The notes: generated by a model from the letters alone, not told the origin. DNA of 63,174 nucleotides, filler included, from Nemertoderma westbladi (GCA_032718475.1; 4 parts of 4 records of this genome joined end to end with filler, not necessarily neighbours in it); one strand, 5' to 3'. Positions 1 to 13,311 are shown, numbered from the whole stretch's first letter. Numbers and translations are program-made.

Positions 1-1047
1 CCCATTTTGGCACTTAGAAGGATAATTGAAGAATTATCAAAAAAGAAAGACAGGCATCTGGCTGTTATCTTTGTTGACTTCTTCAAAGCCTTTGATTCAG
101 TCTCCCGCTCACGTATGTTCAGCATACTTTCATTATATGGGATTCCTGATGAAATTATTGCAGCAATCAGATCAGTATACGATGGTTCGACAACATTTGT
201 GTCTACTGTTGATGGTGACACAGAACCATTTGAAGTGTTATGGGGCGTCCTCCGGGGAGACACACTTGCACCATTCTTGTTCATAATTGTGGTTGACTAT
301 GTTATACGCATGTCCTTATATCGTCATAATGATGATGGGGTGATGATAACTCCACCTACTGGCTCCAGAAGTCGAGGAGGTCCTGCGAAGTACCTAACTG
401 ATCTAGACTTTGCTGATGACTTAGGAGTACTCTCAGAATCACTAGAGGGAGCCCAACGGGTCCTCAGCTCATTAGAACATGCTGCTTCTAGTGTTGGTCT
501 TTTTATTAACTCCAGAAAGACCAAAATTTTGACAGTTAAGTTTGAAAGTTCTCAGCAAGTCTCTGATCGGATAAGCATAAGCTCAAAGGATGGTATGCTT
601 GAGCATGTGGACGACTTCTGTTACCTGGGATCATGGATCCGGAAGTCAGGTGAGGACCTTCGAATACGTAAGGGAAAGGCATGGGCGGCCTTGAATAGGC
701 TTTCCAGGATTTGGAAGTCACCGAGAATTAATCGGAAACTTAAGGTCCGATTATTTAGAGCAGCAGTAGTTCCAGTACTCCTCTATGGGAGTCTATACTG
801 GGCTCTAACTGCTGAGGACACCAAATCTCTGGATGGCACATTCACAAGAATGCTACGCCGGGTTCATTGTGTCAAGTACAATGCACACATCTCCAACCAG
901 ACACTATATAACATTGGAGGTGTCTCATTGGTTCCCCCAAGCTTGACACTAGAACAAAATCGCCTCCGCTTTGCAGGACATTGCTTTCGCCGTGAGGACC
1001 AACCAATGCATAATTGCATAATTGTACTTTGGCAGCCTCATGGATTG
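1..1047 (+). mobile_element. RTE-like LINE family A, RT fragment; 5' end cut by the window edge, 3' end truncated
   Basis: ORF 7..1110 has RT motifs VDFFKAFDSV, GVL(R)GDTLAP and LDFADD, plus RLRFAGH. It is near-identical to copies at 8.4, 21.8, 35.4 and 50.1 kb. Similarity ends after WQPHG. Confidence 0.92.
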
Positions 1048-1881
1048 TTGTATTTTTTACCATTAAAGAGCACTAATAATAATAAAACCATACCTGGATT
1101 CACCTATTGAAGGCATCGGTAGTTATAAAGATCGTCCGTCAGTCTGCGTTTAGTAAATATGTTTAAATACAAAACAGGACGAGCACAACGATGTTTATAA
1201 TAATGAAGTCGAGTACTGCCTACTGCGATGAAGGCAACGGTAGTTATAAATTACTGGTGGGTGGGAAGGGGGGGGGGCAGATTAAAAGGGGTGAACACGT
1301 ACTGTCCCCCTTTCTTTGATTGATTGGTGGTGTGGGTAAATTTCTCAAAACCTGATTTTGTGATACAGTCGCTCAATTTTAATCTGTATCTGATAACTGA
1401 GCCTCGTCCTGCGCGATGGCCCTACGAACGTGTATTAGTTAACACGGGGGCTCGTGTTAGTTAACAAGACTTAACTAAGTATTAGTTAACATGAGACATC
1501 ATGTTAGAAAATGTTTTTTCATGTCCCTTCCCGGGCTCCGTATATTAACAATTAATATATATTTTACGTTTCGATTAAACATATTTCATTAGAGATGACA
1601 TAACGAAAAGTAGGTATCTAGATGGAAAACCAGGTGCGTTATCTTTCGTTATAGATCAATTAGCTACCTAATTTAGATCTAATTTTATTTTTCCAATAAA
1701 GTGTAAAAATACATAAATATCAATGAAATTATTTTAAAATTTCAAGAAATAAATATATTTAAAAGAACAACACAACCAATTAGACTTAACCTCATAGCCA
1801 TAAAGTAATTTCGTATTTTAATACTAGTGCCAAAAAGTTCGTAAAAGTAAAATAAAGAAATATTGGAAAGTTAAACACGAA

Positions 1882-3427
1882 AAACCGTTGTCAACACTAT
1901 GTCTCCTCTCTCTTTGCTGCTAAACCGTTGTCAACACTAAGTCTCCTCTCTCTTTGCTTCTATCTCTATTGTCAACACTAAGTCTCCTCTCTCTTTGCTG
2001 CTATCTCTATTATCTCTGCTATCTGTATTATCACTTCATGAAATAGAGCAGCATTATTTGCTACTGTAAGTTGTAAAATCTAATATTTGTTGTACTTTGT
2101 GTTTTTGCCCTAGCAACGTACCAGTTTTCCATTGGTAACTGTGTGCTGAGCATTTTAATGTTTGTTTTTGTTTGTGTTTTTCGATGACCCTAGTGGCTGA
2201 GTATGTTCTATTTCTATTTTTTTATCTATTTCAATATCTATTTATAATAACAAATAGTACAACAAATAGTCTCCTCTCTCTTTGCTGCTAAACCGTTGTC
2301 AACACTAAGTCTCCTCTCTCTTTGCTGCTAAACCGTTGTCAACACTAAGTCTCCTCTCTCTTTGCTGCTAAACCGTTGTCAACACTAAGTCTCCTCACTC
2401 TTTGCTGCTATCTCTATTATCTCTGCTATCTGTATTATCATTTCATGAAATAGAGCAGCATTATTTGCTACTGTAAGTTGTAAAATCTAATATTTTTTGT
2501 ACTTTGTGTTTTTGCCCTAGCAACGTACCAGTTTTCCATTGGTAACTGTGTGCTGAGCATTTTAATGTTTGTTTTTGTTTGTGTTTTTCGATGACCCTAG
2601 TGGCTGAGTATGTTCTATTTCTATTTTTTTATCTATTTCAATTTCTATTTATAATAACAAATAGTACAACAAATAGTCTCCTCTCTCTTTGCTGCTAAAC
2701 CGTTGTCAACACTAAGTCTCCTCTCTCTTTGCTGCTAAACCGTTGTCAACACTAAGTCTCCTCTCTCTTTGCTGCTAAACCGTTGTCAACACTAAGTCTC
2801 CTCTCTCTTTGCTGCTAAACCGTTGTCAACACTAAGTCTCCGCTCTCTTTGCTGCTAAACCGTTGTCAACACTAAGTCTCCTCTCTCTTTGCTGCTAAAC
2901 CGTTGTCAACACTAAGTCTCCGCTCTCTTTGCTGCTAAACCGTTGTCAACACTAAATCTCCTCTCTCTTTGCTTCTATCTCTATTGTCAACACTAAGTCT
3001 CCGCTCTCTTTGCTGCTAAACCGTTGTCAACACTAAGTCTCCTCTCTCTTTGCTGCTAAACCGTTGTCAACACTAAGTCTCCTCTCTCTTTGCTGCTAAA
3101 CCGTTGTCAACACTAAGTCTCCTCTCTCTTTGCTGCTAAACCGTTGTCAACACTAAGTCTCCTCACTCTTTGCTGCTATCTCTATTATCTCTGCTATCTG
3201 TATTATCATTTCATGAAATAGAGCAGCATTATTTGCTACTGTAAGTTGTAAAATCTAATATTTTTTGTACTTTGTGTTTTTGCCCTAGCAACGTACCAGT
3301 TTTCCATTGGTAACTGTGTGCTGAGCATTTTAATGTTTGTTTTTGTTTGTGTTTTTCGATGACCCTAGTGGCTGAGTATGTTCTATTTCTATTTTTTTTA
3401 TCTATTTCAATTTCTATTTATAATAAC
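1882..3427. repeat. Composite array: 40-bp minisatellite interleaved with three copies of a ~250-bp block
   Basis: Unit AACCGTTGTCAACACTAAGTCTCCTCTCTCTTTGCTGCTA. The block ATCTCTATTATCTCTGCT...TTTATAATAAC occurs at ~2003-2251, ~2410-2658 and ~3178-3427. Confidence 0.95.
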
Positions 3428-3887
3428 TATGTCGCCACCTTTAATTATCCGCTATCACAACATGTAAGGCAGACAGGGAGGCGTCGCGAGATCGAACTCG
3501 GGACGTCTTAGCTACAAGGGGAAAATCCCATCTCGGCGAATTATTAACAATGATATTTATCAATTAAGGGAAAATATGCAGTTTACTGTGGCACGTTGTT
3601 CTAATCACAACTAGAATCTAAATTCAATACCACAGGTTACAGTTTCATTTTTGAGAAGTCGTTTACCACAACAGTACAGAGAATTTAGATTTACTAAGAG
3701 TCCTTCCCCTATCTGAATTGGGACGTGACCCCTAGTCAATTATATGGAAAGTCATGAAAACGGTTAGATCGTGAAAGACCATCGTATTGGTTCTAGTAAC
3801 CATGGAAATAAAAAGAGAAAAAAACCATTCAAAATATATAGCACCACAGTTTAGGCCACAAAAGGGAAAACCTCCTTATTACAGTAA

Positions 3888-4580
3888 CTACAAATATTTC
3901 AGTAAAGAATTAGAGTGCGGGTTTGATTGTAAATACCAACAGATTTGAAAAAATAGCACAGCGTTGCAAATTGTACAGATACTATATAAGATGACTAGCA
4001 TGGTGTCACCTGTCTCTTGGACGCTGGTAAATATTCGAGTCATTGAACCCAAAAGCACGAGCACAGCCGTAGTCATAGAAAGTTCTCCGGTGTTGCCGTT
4101 ACTGTAGTTGGTGTGGGCTTGGTTGAGTCTGGATAATAGAACCACGGGTATAGTGCTGCCTTGCAATACAGTAACAACTGCAAAGGGAATCTTTCTAGAA
4201 CACAAGACGGCCATAGTGACAGCGTATAAGGGCAAAGTGACGGTGGACGTCCAATAATAGGCCTGGAGGTACAGACAGGATATTGTAAGAAGCAATGTTT
4301 GTGCTGAGATTAGAGCACTCTCGCCCCAGCTACTGACGGGGAACCTCTGTACGGTGTTGTAAGCCACCGAGACGGAGGCAGCCGTTAGGTCGCCGCAAAC
4401 AGACAATATATTTATACCGTCGGCTGATCCAGCAGACCAGACCTTTACCAGCTGAGGGAGTTTGAGAATTGCAGCCCCCGCCACTATTATGTATCCCAAC
4501 GTTTTACTGATTAAATATTTCGCTTCAACAGATGTGCATTGTCGCAGACGGACGCAAGCCTTCTGATAGTATGACCCCAT
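3888..4580 (-). CDS. MPDU1: Mannose-P-dolichol utilization defect 1 protein (PQ-loop family), single coding exon, 230 aa from ATG at 4580
   Basis: SKTLGYIIVAG..KLPQ, FPVSSWGE, NYSNGNTGELS and RIFTSVQETGD match MPDU1/Lec35 motifs. The ORF is uninterrupted. A TTTTTCAG acceptor at 4637-4644 suggests a 5'UTR intron. Confidence 0.93.
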   Translation of the reverse strand: MGSYYQKACVRLRQCTSVEAKYLISKTLGYIIVAGAAILKLPQLVKVWSAGSADGINILSVCGDLTAASVSVAYNTVQRFPVSSWGESALISAQTLLLTISCLYLQAYYWTSTVTLPLYAVTMAVLCSRKIPFAVVTVLQGSTIPVVLLSRLNQAHTNYSNGNTGELSMTTAVLVLLGSMTRIFTSVQETGDTMLVILYSICTICNAVLFFQICWYLQSNPHSNSLLKYL

Positions 4581-4654
4581 ATTTATAATCAATATTACTA
4601 CTGGTACTAAATGACTATTAAATTATTGATATTAACCTGAAAAATAAACTGTAA

Positions 4655-7121
4655 GTACCGAGTACGTCGACTAATACAGGTACCGAGTACGTACGACTAA
4701 TACAGGTACCGAGTACGACGACTAATACAGGTACCGAGTACGTCGACTAATACAGGTACCGAGTACGTACGGCTAATACAGGTACCGAGTACGTCGACTA
4801 ATACAGGTATCGAGTACGTACGACTAATACAGGTACCGAGTACGTACGACTAATACAGGTACCGAGTACGACGACTAATACAGGTATCGAGTACGTCGAC
4901 TAATACAGGTACCGAGTACGTCGACTAATACAAGTACCGAGTACGTCGACTAATACAGGTACCGAGTACGACGACTAATACAGGTACCGAGTACGACGAC
5001 TAATACAGGTATCGAGTACGTACGACTAATACAGGTATCGAGTACGTCGACTAATACAGGTACCGAGTACGTCGACTAATACAGGTACCAAGTACGTCGA
5101 CTAATACAGGTACCGAGTACGTACGACTAATACAGGTATCGAGTACGACGACTAATACAGGTATCGAGTACGTCGACTAATACAGGTACCGAGTACGTAC
5201 GACTAATACAGGTACCGAGTACGTACGACTAATACAGGTACCGAGTACGTACGACTAATACAGGTATCGAGTACGTCGACTAATACAGGTACCGAGTACG
5301 CCGACTAATACAGGTACCGAGTACGTCGACTAATACAGGTACCGAGTACGTACGACTAATACAGGTATCGAGTACGTACGACTAATACAGGTATCGAGTA
5401 CGTACGACTAATACAGGTATCGAGTACGTCGACTAATACAGGTACCGAGTACGTACGACTAATACAGGTACCGAGTACGTACGACTAATACAGGTACCGA
5501 GTACGTACGACTAATACAGGTACCGAGTACGTACGACTAATACAGGTACCGAGTACGACGACTAATACAGGTACCGAGTACGACGACTAATACAGGTACC
5601 GAGTACGACGACTAATACAGGTACCGAGTACGACGACTAATACAGGTACCGAGTACGTCGACTAATACAGGTACCGAGTACGACGACTAATACAGGTACC
5701 GAGTACGTACGACTAATACAGGTACCGAGTACGTACGACTAATACAGGTACCGAGTACGTACGACTAATACAGGTACCGAGTACGTACGACTAATACAGG
5801 TACCGAGTACGTACGACTAATACAGGTACCGAGTACGTACGACTAATACAGGTACCGAGTACGTCGACTAATACAGGTACCGAGTACGTACGACTAATAC
5901 AGGTACCGAGTACGTACGACTAATACAGGTACCGAGTACGTACGACTAATACAGGTACCGAGTACGACGACGAATACAGGTACCGAGTACGTACGACTAA
6001 TACAGGTACCGAGTACGTACGACTAATACAGGTACCGAGTACGTACGACTAATACAGGTACCGAGTACGTACGACTAATACAGGTACCGAGTACGTACGA
6101 CTAATACAGGTACCGAGTACGTACGACTAATACAGGTACCGAGTACGTCGACTAATACAGGTACCGAGTACGTACGACTAATACAGGTACCGAGTACGTA
6201 CGACTAATACAAGTACCGAGTACGTACGACTAATACAGGTACCGAGTACGTCGACTAATACAGGTACCGAGTACGTACGACTAATACAGGTACCGAGTAC
6301 GTACGACTAATACAAGTACCGAGTACGTACGACTAATACAGGTACCGAGTACGTACGACTAATACAGGTACCGAGTACGTACGACTAATACAGGTACCGA
6401 GTACGTACGACTAATACAAGTACCGAGTACGTACGACTAATACAGGTACCGAGTACGTCGACTAATACAGGTACCGAGTACGTACGACTAATACAGGTAC
6501 CGAGTACGTACGACTAATACAAGTACCGAGTACGTACGACTAATACAGGTACCGAGTACGTACGACTAATACAGGTACCGAGTACGTACGACTAATACAG
6601 GTACCGAGTACGTACGACTAATACAGGTACCGAGTACGTACGACTAATACAGGTACCGAGTACGTACGACTAATACAGGGACCGAGTACGTCGACTAATA
6701 CAGGTACCGAGTACGCCGACTAATACAGGTACCGAGTACGTACGACTAATACAGGTACCGAGTACGTACGACTAATACAGGTACCGAGTACGTACGGCTA
6801 ATACAGGTACCGAGTACGTACGACTAATACAGGTACCGAGTACGTACGACTAATACAGGTACCGAGTACGTCGACTAATACAGGTACCGAGTACGTACGA
6901 CTAATACAGGTACCGAGTACGTCGACTAATACAGGTACCGAGTACGTACGACTAATACAGGTACCGAGTACGTACGACTAATACAGGTACCGTCGACTAA
7001 TACAGGTACCGAGTACGTACGACTAATACAGGTACCGAGTACGTACGACTAATACAGGTACCAAGTACGTACGACTAATACAGGTACCGAGTACGTACGA
7101 CTAATACAGGTACCGAGTACG
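4655..7121. repeat. 25/26-bp minisatellite, ~95 copies
   Basis: Unit GTACCGAGTACG(T)(A)CGACTAATACAG read directly. It is rich in the palindromes GGTACC, CGTACG and GTCGAC. Confidence 0.98.
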
Positions 7122-8386
7122 TTGTTATGTTGGACAATACCTTTATACCGGTAGGCCTACATTGTTTGGTGTATTTGTTATTGTTTTTACATAATGTATA
7201 AATAAATCTATCTATCTTTAATAATTGTGAAATACTGGGAGTAAATAAAATAATAATAACAAAATGGTGTGTTTATGGTATCATGCATGCAATGTGCAGA
7301 TGGTGGACAGACGGCTACTCCCATTACCATCTGTCTTAAATATGGTCAATTGCTGTCAATCCAATTTTTATTTTTTTTTTAATTATGTTAGTTAATCTTC
7401 CATATTTTATACATTATGTATATCTCATATATTTTACTCGATTTTACAGTACCACTACCAGTCTGCCAGTATCTTTATATTTTATTCCTACCAGGTTGTC
7501 AGTCACCTACGTTTACTCTCATTATCGATTTATGGGTGCTAAAAGTGCATACTTTCCTCATCACCCTTTAAACTATTACACTATCCACCATTAAGTACCG
7601 GTATATATAAAAAAAAATGTAAAGAGCTCCGTAAAAATTTCTAACTACCGGTACACCGGTACTGACTGACTGAACCTACTAATTTAATTACTACCGGTAA
7701 GTACGGTAGGCCTACTGACACTGAACTGCAAAATAGAAGTTAAAGTTAAGGTTGGAAGTTGACTAAATCAAATCAAATAATAATAAATAAGCAGAGTTGT
7801 TAGGCCTATCTGTTTGAGTTTATTCTATTTAATAAATACACATATCCAAATTTTTAAAACAATTACTGAATTACCCTCTTTAGCTTATAGATTGATAGAT
7901 AGGTTTATATAGATAGATTTAAATAGGATTCAACGAATAGAATGTTCTTCAAGTATGTCGAAGAGGCCGCTATTGTTAGTAGAGCTAAATAAATAAGCTG
8001 TTATCTATGTTGTGGCCTCTAGCCCAAAACACAAAAAGACCTAGGCTCCTGCTCTACAGTTCTATACTGCTGTACTGATACCGTACCGCAATGCAAATGC
8101 AGTAAGTCCACAGAAGTCTGCAGGCTGAGGTATGAGGCTGAGGTCCTGTAGCGTTAGGTCCTGTAGCTTTTAGGTCCTGGCCCATTAAGTCATGTAGCAT
8201 TAGGTCCTATAGCATATATCTGACTGTTGATTCTCTATTAATCTATTCTACAATATCCCTAACTCTCGTTTATTGTTTTGGTTCCATTCAACTGGCCTCT
8301 GTAACCTGCTCCTTTACTAACCTGCCTGGTTTTGGAGGAAGACTGGATCTATTCAAGGAAGGACCTACTGACCTAATGGTACGGCC

Positions 8387-9722
8387 ATACTACAACTAGG
8401 ATCGGCATGCTGCATTGCAGCTGCATTTTTAAGAATGCTGTGCCGGCTTGTCAACAAAATTGCACCGCCACAACTCCCTATCACCCATGACATTTGCTAG
8501 ATCATCCGCATCTTTAAGGCCAGTGTCCTTTAAGATGCGTCTCAAGAAAGTCATGGGCTGTCCACCATGCTTATTCACTCCATGAGGCTGCCAAAGTACA
8601 AGATTATGCACTGGCTGGTCCTCATGGCGAAAGCAATGTCCTGCAAAGCGGAGGCGATTTTGTTCTAGTGTCAAGCTTGGGGGAACCAATGAGACACCTC
8701 CAATGTTATATAGTGTCTGGTTGGATGAACCCGGCGTAGCATTCTTGTGAATGTGCCATCCAGAGATTTGGTGTCCTCAGCAGTTAGAGCCCAGCATGGA
8801 CTCCCGTAGAGGAGTACTGGAACTACTGCTGCTCTAAATAATCGGACCTTAAGTTTCCGATTAATTCTCGGTGACTTCCAAATCCTGGAAAGCCTATTCA
8901 AGGCTGCCCATGCCTTTCCCTTACGTATTCGAAGGTCCTCACCTGACTTCCGGATTCATGATCCCAGGTAACAGAAGTCGTCCACATGCTCAAGCATACC
9001 ATCCTTTGAGCTTATGCTCATCCGATCAGAGACTTGCTGAGGACTTTCAAAGTTAACTGTCAGAATTTTGGTCTTTCTGGAGTTAATAAAAAGACCAACA
9101 CTAGAAGCAGCATGTTCTAATGAGCTGAGGAGCCGTTGGGCTCCCTCTAATGATTCTGAGAGTACTCCTAAGTCATCAGCAAAGTCTAGATCAGTTAGGT
9201 ACTTGGCAGGATTTCCTCGACTTCTGGAGCCAGTAGGTGGAGTTATCATCACCCCATCATCATTATGATGATCTAAGGACATGCGTAGAACATAGTCAAC
9301 CGCAATAATGAACAAGAATGGTGCAAGTGTGTCTCCTTGGAGGACGCCCCATAACACTTCAAATGGTTCTGTGTCACCGTCAACAGTAGACACAAATGTT
9401 GTTGAACCATCGTATACTGATCTGATTGCTGCAATAATTTCATCAGGAATCCCATATAATGAAAGTATGCTGAACATACGTGAGCGAGAGACTGAATGAA
9501 AGGCCTTGAAGAAGTCAACAAAGATAACAGCCAGATGCCTGTCTTTCTTTTTTGATAATTCTTCAATTATCCTTCTAAGTGCCAAAATGGGCTATATGGT
9601 CCCACGACCTTTACGGAACCCATTCTGATTTCCACGGAGCAGTCTCTCAATGGGATCCCTGATGCGATTTAATAGAATCCTATTGTATAGCTTTGCAGCA
9701 ATCGAGATCAATGAGATTCCCG
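8387..9722 (-). mobile_element. RTE-like LINE family A, 5'-truncated, with 3' end and degraded (TAG)n tail
   Basis: ORFs 8956..9585, 8671..8901 and 8429..8689 tile the RT and C-terminus. There is a premature TGA at 8956 and a ~25-bp deletion near 8725. Confidence 0.93.
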
Positions 9723-11484
9723 GGCGACAAGATAGCGGCAGAGACTTCTCCTGCGGATTTTATAATAAAGTACTCTGTGGCGTAGAACTGGATATATATT
9801 AAACCGTGGCGAGGCGGTACAACTCTATTGGCGATGCACCGGGATTCGAACTGGGGCTGTTGCGAAGTGGACCCTCGAGTTTGCAATAATGGACGATAAG
9901 ATTGAGTTCGTTTTTTCACGGGTCTCGCTCGAAACAATATCCCTTTCCTTCGGTACAGGACCTGTTTAAGATATTGGTCGGAAGTTACAGAACTCATCAA
10001 CTTAATCGATCATTATGAAGATGAGAATCTCCGCTTCATTGCTGCATTGTGTGTTACTGACACCCCACACTGTAAAAAATGATTCAGTGAACTACCTTAC
10101 CTTAGTTAATGCCACATAAATTGGCCGTATTCTATATGGTAAATCACCTTAACATAATCACGAATAAATTTCACCGTATGATTAAGTTAAGTTTTCATAA
10201 ATAACATTAGGCGTTTCACCATAATTATTTTATGGCCTGTGGCTTTATGACATCTTGTCTGCTTGTATATTTTCACCAGAAATTGCAAATTTTTGACCAT
10301 AAATTATTTAAGGGAAATCCTAAATAACCGAAATATGATTAAATTGGAGGCAGATTTGAATTCCGGCGGTCGGTCACATTGTAGACATTTTATTTCAGTA
10401 CTGTACATTACTGATTACTGCATTCTCTGTTATTATACGGTAACTGTTGCAGTTTGCAGTGCAGCTGTCTGGTTGTACCGGTAGCTAAGCTACTATGCAG
10501 TACAGCAGTAGGCAGGTAGGCCTAATAGAGAAATATCTTAATCTACCTCTGTCGTCTGTACAGCTGTACTGCTGTAGGCATACCTCAATAATTATAGAAA
10601 CTACTGCTGGCGCAGGGCAGGAGTACAGGAGTAGGCTTCTACTGTTCTACAGTTGTACCGGTCACCGGCTGACCGGTAGCTGCTATTACTAGCTAATGCT
10701 GTAATGTCTGATTGTTTGAACCTACAGCATACAGACTGCAGACAGACAGATGACATATTTAGTCCATAGTCAGACAGTGCAGCCATGTAACGGTCAGCGG
10801 GCTACTGGCTGACTGGTCAGTCATCAGTCAGTCAGTAGGACTACTGCTGTACTGCAACCAGCCAGCCAGCAGAGCAGAGAGCAGACCGGTAGTGTGGTAT
10901 GCCTGGTATGGTAAGGTACCGGAACCGGTCTGCCGGTAGGCCTACCCTGCACCCTGGGCAATGGGTACCCTAATTTTACAGAATTAATAATGCCGGTACG
11001 GCCTGACGGCGGTACTGTCAGACTGTTACAGCAGTACAGTTAGAGTCAGACAGTAGTCTGAATCTGGCTGTCTGGTCTGCCTACTGCCTGTTCGAAGTGC
11101 AATGCAGTAGGCCTACCTGCCTACTGTCAGACTGTAGTCTGGTAGTACCGGCAGAGGTGAGGTACCGGTAACGTCGTCACTGGCTGACTGGTAGGCCTAA
11201 AGGCTGTAAGGACCGGCAGACAGGTTTATATTATTTCGATACCGGTACTGCCAGGCTGCAGACTGCGGTACCAGCAGACCGGTACCGGTACTGTCTGACT
11301 GTATACGGCTGCAGCTGTGCAGGCACAGCATACAGGCATAGCCAAATACGGTACCGCATAGGGCCTAATACAGTCAGGAACACTGGTCAAAATTTGTCCA
11401 ATTTACAGCCAGAATGTGTCCGCGGAAAACGCTCTCAGCGAGTCAGCAGTCAGAGTCTCAGAGTGAAATGTCTCCGTAGAAAAC

Positions 11485-12093
11485 AATGCAGACACTGGTG
11501 CAGACAGTGCTGCAGACAGAGGTGCAGACACTGGTGCAGACAGTGGTGCAGACACTGGTGCAGACATTGGTGCAGACAGTGGTGCAGACAGTGGTGCAGA
11601 CAGTGGTGCGGACACTGGTGCAGACAGTGGTGCGGACACTGGTGCAGACAGTAATGCAGACATCTGGTGCAGACAGTGGTGCAGACAGTAGTGCAGACAC
11701 TGGTGCAGACTTTGGTGCAGACACTGGTGCAGACACTGGTGCAGACTGTGGTGCAGACAGTGGTGCAGACAGTAGTGCAGACACTGGTGCAGACTTTGGT
11801 GCAGACACTGGTGCAGACACTGGTGCAGACACTGGTGCAGACTGTGGTGCAGACAGTGGTGCAGACAGTGATGCAGACAGTGATGCAGACACTGGTGCAG
11901 ACAGTGGTGCAGACAGGCAGACAGTGGTGCAGACTGCAGACAGTGGTGCAGACACTGGTGCATACACCTGGTGCAGACACTGGTGCAGACAGTGGTGCAG
12001 ACACTGGCTGACTGGTGCAGACAGTGGTGCGGACACTGGCAACTGGTGCAGACAATGGTGCAGACAGTTGGTGCAGACACCTGGTGCAGACAG
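11485..12093. repeat. 12-bp minisatellite (TGGTGCAGACAS)n, ~50 copies
   Basis: Read directly. It explains the QTVV/SAPL/HHCL ORFs in all frames. Confidence 0.97.
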
Positions 12094-12130
12094 TCAAAGT
12101 TTCATTTAATTATATTTAGTGATAGGCCCC

Positions 12131-13211
12131 TTAACCCTGCCCCGGTATGGTAAAAAATTATCCTTCACCGGTAACATGGGGTATTTTTATACCCCAAATT
12201 GATAAGACATTTTAAGTAACATTAAACAGAAAAACACTTGCAATCCCCCTCCCAGAATTTGCCAAATGGTGAAAAAATAAGTTGTGAATTTTTTTTTTCA
12301 ATTTGGTTGAAGTCTACCCAACGCTCAATGCCACAAAAGTTATCCCACTACAATCGCGATCATCGTTAACGTCGCGATGGGGCGTTTTGCAACAAGATAC
12401 TATCATAGCGAAGCATTAGCTGTGAGAGTGTTTCTCATTTTAGGTTTTTTAGTGGTGTTATGGGTCAAGTACACCCTGAAGTATACCATTGCAGTTCCAA
12501 TAAGCATAAAATGAGTCAAATACCACCACTAAAAGTCAACAAAGTGATATATAATATACAGATATATCACCTCGCAATAGCACAAGATCTTGAATTGTAA
12601 TATGAAATATACACCATGACTGCAAAAGTACTGATGATTTGGTCATAAAATGTGATTATTGTCCAACTAAATTATACATTGCAGTTTCAATGAACCCAAA
12701 ATGAGACCCAAAAGGCCAGAACACCTCTAAGAAAGCCTACACAATAAGAATTATTCACATATACCTGTATACTTAGCAATCTATCGCATCGCGATTAGGC
12801 CGAAGTCTTGGCTTGTGAAATACAGGCCATACACAATACAGTAGCTTCATAATACTGATAATTTGGTCTTAAAAGACAAAGTTAAAACATGCCTCTAGAT
12901 GTCTAGTACAACTAAATCGATATTGTGGTTCCAATGAAACCAAAATGAGTCACAAAACACCACTAAACGAGCACCATAACGTTATGGGGTATTTTTATAC
13001 CCCATCTTACCTAACTAAGTTGTTTTCAAATTAAGGGCCCATAATATTTTTCATAAACAAAATTTTATGGGTTTGACCCACACAATCATTAGATTACAAG
13101 TTTTTTGGAAGATACTATGAAGTTGGACATACATAATATACGAGATTGTCGAAAAATATCAAAAGTAATCCCCTTGGGGTATTATTTTACCCCACGTTAC
13201 CGGGGGAGGGT
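12131..13211. mobile_element. Non-autonomous piggyBac-like TIR element
   Basis: Left end TTAA-CCCTGCCCCGGTA; right end TACCGGGGGAGGG-T at the contig edge is its near reverse complement. Subterminal GGGGTA...TACCCC motifs occur at ~12178, ~12986 and ~13176. No transposase ORF. Confidence 0.65.
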
Positions 13212-13311
13212 NNNNNNNNNNNNNNNNNNNNNNNNNNNNNNNNNNNNNNNNNNNNTTAATTAATTAANNNNNNNNNNNNNNNNNNNNNNNNNNNNNNNNN
13301 NNNNNNNNNNN
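13212..13311. other. Artificial contig-joining spacer (N44-TTAATTAATTAA-N44)
   Basis: The same 100-bp structure occurs three times and has stop codons in all six frames. Confidence 0.98.

Noticed and set aside
1520-1542. ATGTCCCTTCCCGGGCTCCGTA, resembling a Tc1/mariner MITE end
   Set aside because: No matching opposite TIR found nearby.
9723-10060. Coding-looking segment next to the LINE (ORF 9680..10000)
   Set aside because: No recognisable motif or consistent splice sites in any frame; the ORF end simply reads into the LINE.
11394-12153. Cys/His-rich and SAPL/QTVV ORFs
   Set aside because: They are translations of a 12-bp satellite that is open in nearly all frames, with no unique coding flanks.
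13256-13267. TTAATTAATTAA as a piggyBac target site or regulatory motif
   Set aside because: It is centred in N-runs and identical at three places, so it is an artificial linker.
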